Source: Selaginella moellendorffii
Taxonomy: Eukaryota; Plantae; Lycopodiophyta
Reading direction: 5' to 3'
Assembly: GCF_000143415.4 (NCBI RefSeq)
Contig: NW_003314262.1
Span: 2,840,603 to 2,904,602 of the forward strand
DNA: 64,000 nucleotides
In this document: positions 27,464 through 38,513 of the stretch, one piece after another
Position numbering within the stretch: the stretch's first letter is position 1
Layout: every line of letters begins with the position of its first letter
The notes under the pieces: generated by a model
What the model was told of the DNA's origin: nothing
Databases searched by the model: none
Seen by the model: only the letters and a program-made list of their open reading frames with translations
Position numbers and translations under genes: made by a program

Positions 27464-28600
27464 ATGGAGGTTTTTAAGAAGGAAGGATTTAGCGGCATGG
27501 GTGCTTTGGGCAGTCCATCTGATTATTTCACTGACTGCAATCAAAAGCTTATCAAGTTTCGCATGTGTGCGATCCCAGTGGATAGGGAATCAAGAGCTAC
27601 CAGGTTTGCAAGTGCCGTGAAATGTATGCTGCAACACCCTTTTAAAGGAGCCCCAATGCTAGTGTTTTGTAATGGCAAGGATACCGCGTATGAAATCAAA
27701 CAGGTTTTGGATGCCAAGAGAGTGACAATGGCAACAGTAACTATAGTGGAGGAATTGAGCACTTTGGAGAAAAAGAGGGTCAAAGACAAGAGGGCAGTGG
27801 TTATTGTCACAAAAGATGTGATTGACAAGGTCTGTTTGCCTAGAATTTTTAAGGTGGTGGTGACCTATGATCTCGCTATAATTGGTATCAGAGCAAATGG
27901 CACAAGTTTGATTCTCATTGATTAGGGGCTATCTAAAATATAATATACCCTTGAGCAAGGTATATTTCTACTCCTAAATTTGAAAATCGTACATATGCGT
28001 ATGTCCTTCCTTTTGTGGAACATCTTAGACGAAGGTATTCACCATGGGATTACAGTACAAGTGGATGACTAATTGTCTTAGATGGAATAGTTGATCTACA
28101 CAATGGAGGGATTGGTAGATTTAGTGTGGAAATGGAAGTGTTAGTTCCCTTTGGCTCAGTAGGGGTTGGTAATCAATAGTCAATGAGGACATTGACATCT
28201 TTGAAGGGGGGTGAGTGTAGCGCATGTGATTATAGAATGAAATTTGAATATACTGTCACCGTGGATCTTTGGAACCTTGGGAGGGAGATAAATGGGGATA
28301 AAATGGGCTCTCTCATCAAGTTATTATCCCTTTTTCAATTGGTTTAAAGGGAGAGAAATAAAGTTTGATAAACTGAGCACATCAAATCTGGAGACTTTAT
28401 TGAGTTGGACAAAATTTGATACTCGATTTCTTCCTCGTTTCTGGCCTTCTGTGGTTACTCTATATCAGAACAAGGAGTTTTTGGAAAGCATCAAGCAGTT
28501 AGCACATTGTGTCTGCATGACTAAATTGTACAAGAGAGAGCGGACAATGCAGAAATTCAGTGATGCATATGCGGATTTCTTGTTTAGTCCGAAAGCATAG
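27464..28600 (+). pseudogene. Helicase-C-like ORF copy 2, interrupted by a TRIM insertion
   Basis: Matches 24348-24986 except for a 494-bp insert after VVTYD. Confidence 0.85.
27872..28365 (+). mobile_element. Non-autonomous LTR element (TRIM-like), circularly permuted with one split LTR
   Basis: CGCTATA (27874-80), then PBS TGGTATCAGAGC (27883-94), ~320 bp internal, PPT GAAGGGGGG (28203-11), then TGTAGCG (28216); TGAT on both flanks. Confidence 0.75.
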
Positions 28601-29052
28601 ATCGTTTCTGCATTTTGCTAACTTCTATTTGGTTCTAGTCACAAGAAAGTTGAATAAAGTTTCATTTTCTGGTTTAGTAATCATATGCTTCTCAAGAAAA
28701 GGTGGTGGGAGCTAAATTTCATGTTTTCGCTTTTTCTTATTAAAGAGGAAAGTTGATCCTTTCAAAACGACTATTTCATGGTTTGGCACATAGAAATCAA
28801 TGTCTCGTGTTCTGGCTGCCGTCAAATTTATACCATTTCTGTGATAATTGGATACATTACGTCTAACGACTATGTCAAGCATAACATGCTGACTAAATAG
28901 TCAGAACCGAGTGACGCTGTAGCAATCTCGCTGGACTTGGTCTCCACTTCCTCCATCCTATAAATTGCCTCCACTTCTAATCCACCACACAGCAGCAAGT
29001 TTTGCGAGAGAGAGAGAGATCTCACTACACTTCGAAAGTTTCTTCTACCAAG

Positions 29053-29454
29053 ATGGCGAGCAAGTCCCAGCTGATGCTTCTGGCCATGGTTGTGACAGTC
29101 CTCCTGGTTGGAGTGGACGTTGGTGGCATCGCAAGCGCAGCAGCCCAGCAGAAATGCAAATCTGGATGGAACTGGGACGGCCACAAGTGCATCCAGTGTC
29201 CCAAGGGCTGGTACTGGTATAGCAACGATTGCCACAGATGCCTCTCCGGTTGGAAGTGGAGTGGAAGCAAATGCGTGAGCTGCCCGAGCAACTGGTACTG
29301 GTACAACAACAAGTGCCACCAATGCCCGTCCGGATGGAAGTGGAGTGGAAGCAAGTGTGTGAGCTGCCCCAGTGACTGGTATTGGTATAACAACGATTGC
29401 CACCGCTGTCCGTATGGCTGGAAATGGAGCAAGGCTCACTGCACCAAGAACTAA
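29053..29454 (+). CDS. Secreted Trp/Cys-rich repeat protein, copy 2
   Basis: Intact 133-aa ORF, 2 aa different from copy 1. Confidence 0.9.
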   Translation: MASKSQLMLLAMVVTVLLVGVDVGGIASAAAQQKCKSGWNWDGHKCIQCPKGWYWYSNDCHRCLSGWKWSGSKCVSCPSNWYWYNNKCHQCPSGWKWSGSKCVSCPSDWYWYNNDCHRCPYGWKWSKAHCTKN

Positions 29455-29593
29455 GTCAGTTAACTCCAGCGAGAAAGAAGTACCTTCCAATTCGTTATTT
29501 CATTGCATCTTGTCCTCGAGATAATGTGCCAGCGTCTTTGGCAATTGATTTGATTCGAATAAAACCACCTACTTGTTTTGAATATCGAACCTG

Positions 29594-30865
29594 TCATCGT
29601 GCTGCAGCAGCAACCTCGGCAGCAAAGTCCTTTTCAAGCCTGGGAAAGTGAAGCCAGGAATTGGTTCGTGAAGGCTTGGATTGTAACAAGGACTTACTTT
29701 TCGATCCCCTCCCCGACTTCTATTCGCAGGAATCCCTCGATCTTGGCCGTCTTCCCGATTTCTTTGGACGTCTCTTTTAGCAGAACCTGAAAGATCAAAT
29801 CGTGAGCCTGATGAGACATATTCGAATGGTGTGACATACGTTGATCCATTTCGTTTCGTCTGCAACGTACTTCTGCTCCAGAAGAACAACCTCTTCCATG
29901 TATTTGGCAAGCCTGCCTTCGACCATCTTCTGGACGACGTTCTCTGGCTTTCCAGCAGTCGAGGCCTGCAACAACAAAACAGAAAAACAATAGACAATCA
30001 ATAAAAGGCAGAAAAATAACAAATGCCTTGCACCTGTGCTTTGCAGATGTTCCGCTCATGCTCCAGTACTTCAGAGTCCACGAGTTCCTTAGACAAAAAC
30101 AGAGGCCTTGCAGCAACAACATGCATTGCAAGAGACGAGCCCAAGCTTTTCAGTGTTTCCGAATGCGAGCCTTCTTGATCATCTTCAACCTCGAGCGCAA
30201 CGAGCCCCGCGAGCCGAGATAAGCCTTTCAGAATAAATTTGTGAGAAACGAGCAAACAGTGGAATTTACAAGCACCTGATGCCGGACTCATGTGCAAATA
30301 CGAGGACACGATCCCTCTTTGCGAAGATATATAGAAAGCTCTTCGAAGTCTCACATTTTCTCCAGTGATAGCGGCAACTTCCGAGACTGCGTCGCGTACA
30401 CAAAGCTCTCTGGTGATTGATGCGTGATCCAGCTTCACATTTACAAGCTGGAAATTTCCAAACATGAAAGATCTTTCCTTCGAGAGAACAGACTTACCTC
30501 TAAATCGTGCAAATCAAGAGCAGCTGGTTTAGAAGAAAATTGTTGGACAGCTTCCAATGTGGATGCCGCTTTTGCGACTGACAGCACCTGGAAAAATCGT
30601 GAGCAAAACTAAAAGCCGAAGAAGATCATCCATCACTTACAAGGCTCTGGAAGAGATCGTTTCGAGCAACAAAGTCAGTCTCGCTGTTAATCTCTATGAC
30701 CGCGGCACCTTTCTCGAAGTGTGCCAGTCCAAGCAATCCATCCGCAGCCACACGAGAAGATTTCTTCGTCGCGGCAGCAAGGCCCTTCTTCCTCAGCTCA
30801 GTAAACGCATCCTCTATAGAAAAATCCAAAGAACAAATAATTCTTCCTTCCTTTAACATTAGCAT
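29594..30865 (-). pseudogene. 5'-truncated mitochondrial EF-Ts, copy 2
   Basis: Same exons and same truncation/junction as copy 1. Confidence 0.85.
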
Positions 30866-32859
30866 TATCTCCACATCGTAGAAATCCGCAGAAGAAAAAG
30901 GAAAGAAAGCTTCGTCAATTGTTTCGAAATGATATACTTTTTTTGTCACCTTTATTTTTTGAAAAGAAACGGTTTATGTTTATTTATCCATAAGCTTCTG
31001 GAACCTTTGATTCTTAATTCTGCTTCTTTCAAATAAGTTAGAAACCCTACCAGGATGGAGGTTTTTAAGAAGGAAGGATTTAGCGGCATGATGAGAGGCC
31101 TTGCGCTGGCTGAGGCATGCCAGTTTCCGCATAGGCATCCATCTGGGAGAAGATGTCCAGAGCGTCTTGGATATGGCCTGATCTAGAACTCCACACCACT
31201 GCATCTCATTTGTCCCTTCGGAAGCACTCCTTGCAAGACCGAGCCTCTGGGCCTTGGAGCAGTTGATAAGCTCTGCTACCACAACTGGATCCGATTTAGG
31301 CCCTAAAATGGGCACTCGATCGTGAAGAAAGCTCATTTGTAGCAATGCATGCTTGCAACTGGTAAACGTGAACGTATCAGCCTTACCACCTTCAAGAGAG
31401 CTTCTTCGGGATAGCTGGTCTTGGACCATGGTGTTCCATCTCTCAAACTGCTAGCTTCAAAACATGTGACTTCAAAGCATTTTACCAACAACTAGATCAT
31501 CCCTGGTCAGAACATCTCCTCCAGTATAACACAGAAACTCCATGGCTCTTGAGCTGATCATGCCTGTGCTTATCCCAGACCTTGAAGAACTCGAGAATCC
31601 GTGGAGGAGAGCAACCAGCGTAAAGTTGCTTGCTAAGAAACCTTGTTTGAGAGCAGGCAGCCCAATGCAAACTCAACGAATCTAGAGTTGTCATTCTCCG
31701 GCATCATTGCATCCCCAGAATAAACAGCAGGGAAGAATGACAAGGCAACATTTTATCCACCACTTGAGAAATATGGTCCAGTTGAAGGATGTTCCAGGAT
31801 GGAGTGCTATTCCACTCGAATTGCTTCCATGATCCTTTGCTTCTGAGCGAGGCAGAGGATCATCGCTGTCCCTAGCCCCACATCCTTGTTTTCAGAGAAA
31901 TTCTCAAACACAGTCATTGCTTTCTCTGGATTTCCACAGCGGCCGTAGCAGCGCACCAATGCAGTGGACATGGCAACGTCCCATTCCTCACGACACAAGC
32001 ATGGATCTCTTCTCCATTGCCCAGATCGTCACAGCAAAGGCATCCTCTCGTAAATTGCAAATGCCTCATTGCATTGCCCGCACTGGGCATGAGCGTCGAT
32101 CATCGCGTTCCAGGCCAGCAAATCTTTCTGTCCAAGATTCTTAACAGCCAGACGAGCTTCATGGAGCAATCCACACATCCTCCGAATCTCTGTGGCAATC
32201 TGCAAATCCCTGCTAAGCCCACACTCCTCGAGGAGCGATCGAACAAGGTTGCCCTGTTCCAGCGTCAAGCAAGACCTCACCAGAGGGAGTGAACCTCCGG
32301 CTTCACTCCGTCCAAGCACATCTCCCCAAGAACATTAAATCTCTCATCCCTGCTAGCGTAGGCTGCGATCAAGAAGCCCCAAGGTAAGACATTCTTGTCG
32401 GCGATGGCATCGAATGCCGTGCGTGTGTCGTCCGTGCTGCCGCATTTGCCATACATCTCCACAAGAAGATTGCCGATCCTGGTGAGCGAGTGGCGGCCAT
32501 GGACTCGCAGCTGCGCAATCAGAGCGTGCAAGAGCTTGCCTGCTTCCAGGGCATTTAATCTGCCACATCTCAACACAAGAGCTCCAAACTCCTCCGCGTG
32601 GATCGCAATGTGGACACTGTTAACAGTTTATCCATGTCAGCATCGCTGGAAGAAAACCACGTGGCACTAATGTTTATAAGCCACGTATAAAGTGGTGCGT
32701 GGCCACGAAAACTTTCACCAGTCGGTAGGGTCGCAGTATCTCGCAGCTCAACGCAGCTCTTGATGCTTCCATTCCGCAGTTTGGCTCTCGTGGACTTGTT
32801 CCCAGAGTAAGTTGTAAGTGCTTAGACCAAAGAGTCGAGGCGCGTCTAACTTAACACAG

Positions 32860-33581
32860 ATGTTTCCATCAGAAACGATGCAGCATCTCTTGACTGCGAG
32901 GAAAGCTGAGATACCGCTCAAACCACACGCAGAAGGGTGGCACGCTCGTTGGCCGGGAGGCATTGGTGATCCATTTGAGCCTTACATGGTGAGGATTAAG
33001 TACATCCTATCATGAGAGCTGACTTGCGAGGAGTTTGCAGCAACTTCTCAAGCAATTCCTTAACATCGCATTGACATTTCACGCAAGGTAAGGAGAAACT
33101 TTCTCTATTCTCAGAAGAAGTAACCTTAGTTTCGTGCGTAAACAGGGCGATGGAGCAGCTAACAACGTTTGGAGCTGTAAGAGCAGCCAGCAAGAATGCA
33201 AGGGATGCTGCTTACATCAGGACACAAGCGGCGGCGGCGGGAATTTCAGTCAAGGAGTACCAAAGGTTATTGGACATGTTCATGAAGATCGACTCTGAAA
33301 ACACAGGGTAAGCAAAAACTCCTTTTTTACTTGGACAGCGACTCAATTTCCAAGTAACTTGCAGGAAAATCACCAAGGGCGAGCTCATGGTGAAGATGAA
33401 ACGCGACAAAGATGTCTGTGTACTTTCAAAAAGTCTCCTCTCCAACGGTGCTAAAAACTTGAATCTCTTTTGTGTGCTGTAGATCGCTGCCTTCATGCAG
33501 TTGTCCAGAGCACGAAACAAGGATGGCCGACGAGAGTCCTTCGAGAGTGTCTTCAACCGGATTGACAACACAGGCGAGTGA
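32860..33581 (+). CDS. Five-exon EF-hand calcium-binding protein, probably 3'-truncated
   Basis: Exons 32860-32988, 33041-33087, 33146-33307, 33365-33413, 33483-33581 splice in frame: ..LLDMFMKIDSENTGKITKGELM..FESVFNRIDNTGE*. Confidence 0.65.
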
Positions 33582-34134
33582 AGGATGGCAGGCAGATCCC
33601 CGCAGAGCTTGGTCATGGCGGGATTGTTCTTGCTGAGGAGGAGCCGGAGGTTCTGGAGCTGGAAAATCTCCTTGGACTGCCCCAAGTTATCTGTGGAGCA
33701 GCTTGAGGCCTGGCCTTCATGATGACCAAAGGTTGAGGATGATGCTCTTGAGGTCTTGGCAATCGCCATCATGCTGTGGATCCTTAGGACCTTCTTCAGG
33801 ACGTAGAGCTGGCACAGGAAGGATGGATTGCTAAGCACTTGATCGTGCACTGCTGGGCCTGGCTTCAAGCTGCCACAATGCTTGCAATCTGGGCATCAAT
33901 AATCCAAGTATTGCTATGGTTCTTGGACTGCTGCGAGTTCTCCTCCCAACCTGAGGCTGCTCTGATCACGATGCTCCGAGCCCAGCACACCAAGCCATTC
34001 CTGAGCCCTCAGAAGTTATGTGTCATGGATTAGTCATTGATGCTCATGTGAATAAACATTTGCCACGTGGACGTGCAAAAAATTTACATGTGCAGAGCTA
34101 CAAATTGCATGCCATAAGTTAGTTAAAAGGCCAA

Positions 34135-34430
34135 GAGTTGCTAGATAATGGTTGTTCTCACAACTTCATGTCAAGAGCAATGCTACAGTGGCTGGGCTTG
34201 ATGACTAAGGAACCATTGGACGTCAGGGTGGCAAATGGCAGTGACGACGGTTCCTGTCTTTGTTCTTCCAAATCCTGCAAAGTCGTTCATAGTGATGACA
34301 TATGCAAGTGATGCTGGAATCAGTGTTGTGCTCATGCAAGACAATAATGTAATCGCTTTTGAAAGTCATAAATTTTCAAGTGCTGAATCTCATTACTCAG
34401 TTTATGATAAAGAATTTATTGCCAGAAACA
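34135..34430 (+). mobile_element. Ty3/gypsy pol remnant (protease and RNase H-like fragments)
   Basis: LLDNGCSHNFMS..VRVANG; PVFVLPNPAKSFIVMTYASDAGISVVLMQDNNVIAFESHKFSSAESHYSVYDKE; second copy at about 52360-52645 on the - strand. Confidence 0.75.
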
Positions 34431-36337
34431 CATTCTCACGGGGGGTGGATTTTGAAGTCATGTCGATCATCAATGCGCTACAGCATTAAAAGTTTCAATT
34501 AGTCAGTGATAACAATAGAAAAAAATAACATTTCGGGACAAGATGATTACAAATTTCAACAAACATCACTGGAGTGTCAACTTCCGGGCCATGATGCATT
34601 GCTTGGAGCGTAATCCGTGTGCATAGTCCTTCTAAGTTCGAAAGTTAACCAGCATTTCTACCTTGCTTGACGGCAACTTCTTTTAAGAGTCCGAAGGTGG
34701 TGAAACAAATTTGACAGAAAAGAGCAAGAAAATTAAAGCTTACTAGTCTGATAAAAGTTACAGCAGTTTGTTCATGAAGATAATCTCCATGCCACAATGT
34801 TGTGATGGTGGAGATTGTCTTCGCCAACAATCGAGCCAGCAGTCTCACATTTCCCATAGGGAAGTTACAAGAACAAATTTCTAAACAAGGGTGGGGTTTG
34901 AGCCACAAGCAAAGTCACATCCTTGGACCTGTTGGAATATCTGAGGAATCTAGTGCTCTTCCACAATCATGAGGCCATATCTCAGTCTCCCACCATCCTC
35001 CAAAAGCTCTCCACCATCGCACACGGTAGCAATTCCTTGCTTTTAAGAGAAGAGTTAGACTCTCCCATCTCTTGCGCAGCTTGAGCACCCAACTCGTCCA
35101 AGAAGATCAACCATATGAAACAGGTGACCACCAACCGCTCCTGGTCAAGATACTCATAAAAGTCACTTGATTTGGCTCCACTGTTGCATCCTCTGGAACA
35201 GTTCCATTGACTTAGAGTTCCAGCTGTGCTAAGTGTGAGCTGAGATCATGGCAGTCCATGAGATTGGAGTGGAAGCTCATCCTGTCAAACCTTTGCATAA
35301 GAGCATTGTCTCCGACTTGAACATGAAATCCCGGGTGCTTTGGGCAGTCCATCTGATTATTTCACTGACTGCAATCAAAAGCTTATCAAGTTTCGCATGT
35401 GTGCGATCCCAGTGGATAGGGAATCAAGAGCTACCAGGTTTGCAAGTGCCGTGAAATGTATGCTACAACACCCTTTTAAAGGAGCCCCAATGCTAGTCTT
35501 TTGTAACGACAAGGATACCGCATATGAAATCAAACAGGTTTTCAATGCCAAGAGAGTGACAATGGCAACAGTAACTGTAGTGGAGGAATTGAGCACTTTG
35601 GAGAAAAAGAGGGTCAAAGACAAGAGAGCGGTGGTTATTGTCACAAAAGATGTGATTGACAAGGTCTGTTTGCCTGGAATTTTTAAGGTGGTGGTGACCT
35701 ATGATAAACTGAGCGCATCAAATCTGGAGACTTTATTGAGTTGGACAAGATTTGATACTCGATTTCTTCCTGGTTTCTGGCCTTGTGTGGTTACTCTATA
35801 TCAGAACGAGGAGTTTTTGGAAAGCATCAAGCAGTTAGCACATTGTGTCTGCATGACTAAATTGTACGAGAGAGAGCGGACAATGCAGAAATTCAGTGAT
35901 GCATATGCGGATTTCTTGTTTAGTCCGAAAGCATAGAGTGTTTCTGCATTTTGCTAACTTCTATTCGGTTCTAGTCACAAGAAAGTTGAATAAGTTTCAT
36001 TTTCTGGTTTAGTAATCATATGCTTCTCAAGAAAAGGTGGTGGGAGCTAAATTTCATGTTTTCGCTTTTTCTTATTAAAGAGGAAAGTTGATCCTTTCAA
36101 AACGACTATTTCATGGTTTGGCACATAGAAATCAATGTCTCGTGTTCTGGCTGCCGTCAAATTTATACCATTTCTGTGATAATTGGATACATTACGTCTA
36201 ACGACTATGTCAAGCATAACATGCTGGCTAAATAGTCAGAACCGAGTGACGCTGTAGCAATCTCGCTGGACTTGGTCTCCACTTCCTCCATCCTATAAAT
36301 TGCCTCCACTTCTAATCCACCACACAGCAGCAAGTTT

Positions 36338-36371
<34 letters not shown>

Positions 36372-36401
36372 CACTACACTTCGAAAGTTTCTTCTACCAA
36401 G

Positions 36402-36803
36402 ATGGCGAGCAAGTCCCAGCTGATGCTTCTGGCCATGGTTGTGACAGTCCTCCTGGTTGGAGTGGACGTTGGTGGCATCGCAAGCGCAGCAGCCCAGCAG
36501 AAATGCAAATCTGGATGGAACTGGGACGGCCACAAGTGCATCCAGTGTCCCAAAGGCTGGTACTGGTATAGCAACGATTGCCACAGATGCCTCTCCGGTT
36601 GGAAGTGGAGTGGAAGCAAATGCGTGAGCTGCCCGAGCAACTGGTACTGGTACAACAACAAGTGCCACCAATGCCCGTCCGGATGGAAGTGGAGTGGAAG
36701 CAAGTGTGTGAGCTGCCCCAGTGACTGGTATTGGTATAACAACGATTGCCATCGCTGTCCGTATGGCTGGAAATGGAGCAAGGCTCACTGCACCAAGAAC
36801 TAA
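36402..36803 (+). CDS. Secreted Trp/Cys-rich repeat protein, copy 3
   Basis: Intact 133-aa ORF, protein identical to copy 2. Confidence 0.9.
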   Translation: MASKSQLMLLAMVVTVLLVGVDVGGIASAAAQQKCKSGWNWDGHKCIQCPKGWYWYSNDCHRCLSGWKWSGSKCVSCPSNWYWYNNKCHQCPSGWKWSGSKCVSCPSDWYWYNNDCHRCPYGWKWSKAHCTKN

Positions 36804-36921
36804 GTCAGTTAACTCCAGCGAGAAAGAAGTACCTTCCAATTCGTTATTTCATTGCGTCTTGTCCTCGAGATAATGATTTGATTCGAATAAAACCACCTAC
36901 TTGTTTTGAATATCGAACCTG

Positions 36922-38417
36922 TCATCGTGCTGCAGCAGCAACCTCGGCAGCAAAGTCCTTTTCAAGCCTGGGAAAATGAAGCCAGGAATTGGTTCGTGAA
37001 GGCTTGGATTGTAACAAGGGCTTACTTTTCGATCCCCTCCCCGACTTCTATTCGTAGGAATCCCTCGATCTTGGCCGTCTTCCCGATTTCTTTGGACGTC
37101 TCTTTTAGCAGAACCTGAAAGATTAAATCGTGAGCCTGATGAGACATATTCGAATGGTGTGACATACGTTGATCCGTTTCGTTTCGTCTGCAACGTACTT
37201 CTGCTCCAGAAGAACAACCTCTTCCATGTATTTGGCAAGCCTGCCTTCGACCATCTTCTGGACGACGTTCTCTGGCTTTCCAGCAGTCGAGGCCTGCAAC
37301 AACAAAACAAAAAAACAATAGACAATCAATAAAAGGCAGAGAAAAACAAATGCCTTGCACCTGTGCTTTGCAGATGTTCCGCTCATGCTCCAGTACTTCA
37401 GAGTCCACGAGTTCCTTAGACAAAAACAGCGGCCTTGCAGCAACAACATGCATTGCAAGAGACGAGCCCAAGCTTTTCAGTGTTTCCGAATGCGAGCCTT
37501 CTTGATCATGTTCAACCTCGAGCGAAACGAGCCCCGCGAGCCGAGATAAACCTTTCAAAATAAATCTGTGAGAAACGGAGCAAACAGTGGAATTTTACAA
37601 GTACCTGATGCCGGACTCATGTGCAAATACGAGGACACGATCCCTCGTTGCGAAGATATATAGAAAGCTCTTCGAAGTCTCACATTTTCTCCAGTGATAG
37701 CGGCAACTTCCGAGACTGCGTCGCGTACACGAAGCTCTCTGGTGATTGATGCGTGATCCAGCTTCACATTTACAAGCTGAAAATTTCCAAACATGAAAGA
37801 TCTTTCCTTCGAGAGAACAGACTTACCTCTAAATCGTGCAAATCAAGAGCAGCTGGTTTAGAAGAAAATTGTTGGACAGCTTTCAATGTGGATGCCGCTT
37901 TTGCGACTGACAGCACCTGGAAAAATCGTGAGCAAAACTAAAAGCCGAAGAAGATCATCCATCACTTACAAGGCTCTGGAAGAGATCGTTTCGAGCAACA
38001 AAGTCAGTTTCGCTGTTAATCTCTATGACCGCGGCACCTTTCTCGAAGTGTGCCAGTCCAAGCAATCCTTCCGCAGCCACACGAGAAGATTTCTTCGTCG
38101 CGGCAGCAAGGCCCTTCTTCCTCAGCTCAGTAAACGCATTCTCTATAGAAAAATCCAAAGAAAAAATAATTCTTCCTTCCTTTCCACAATCTCATCAAGA
38201 GCATACCTTCGTTCCATTCACATTTCACCAGCACTTCCTTGACATCCTTGATCGGCGCCCCGGTCCGCTCGCGCAGCGTCTTGATGAGATCGGTGCGCGA
38301 GGAAGCATCGACAGAGAAAGATTTCGCACCGATTGCAGTGATTCTAGGCAATCCACGCACCGATCGGCCCCTACAAATCGCCGTCGCCGCGCGCCATAGC
38401 GGAGCTCCTCTCGCCAT
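36922..38417 (-). CDS. TSFM: Mitochondrial elongation factor Ts, complete copy
   Basis: Arg-rich transit peptide [21 protein letters not shown]; [17 protein letters not shown]; [10 protein letters not shown]; ends [11 protein letters not shown]. Confidence 0.92.
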
Positions 38418-38513
38418 TGCAAGGCACATTTTAGGGCTTGGACAAGAAAGAAAGAATTTGATGGGGTTTTAGAAAAAATTGCCATTGACGGGATTCGAAC
38501 ACTCGACGTATTG

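Larger units (their letters stand above)
31091..35333 (-). other. 4243-bp inserted genomic mosaic (PPR pseudogene halves, EF-hand gene, LRR and Ty3 fragments), circularly permuted
   Basis: 31091-32618 is the reverse complement of ~49839-51411; 33884-35333 is the reverse complement of ~51412-52895. Confidence 0.85.
31055..35936 (+). pseudogene. Helicase-C-like ORF copy 3, split by a 4243-bp insertion after codon 12
   Basis: MEVFKKEGFSGM ends at 31090; GALGSPSDY resumes at 35334. Confidence 0.85.
24175..38183 (+). repeat. Head-to-tail triplication of a ~3.09 kb unit (24175-27256; 27265-30854; 30863-38183 with insertions)
   Basis: Near-identical sequence starting cattatctccacatcgtag three times; both junctions read ttccttccttt-AACATTAG-cattatctcc (8-bp filler). 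Confidence 0.95.

Noticed and set aside
27872-28365. Cassandra element
   Set aside because: No 5S rRNA-like segment is visible in the LTR
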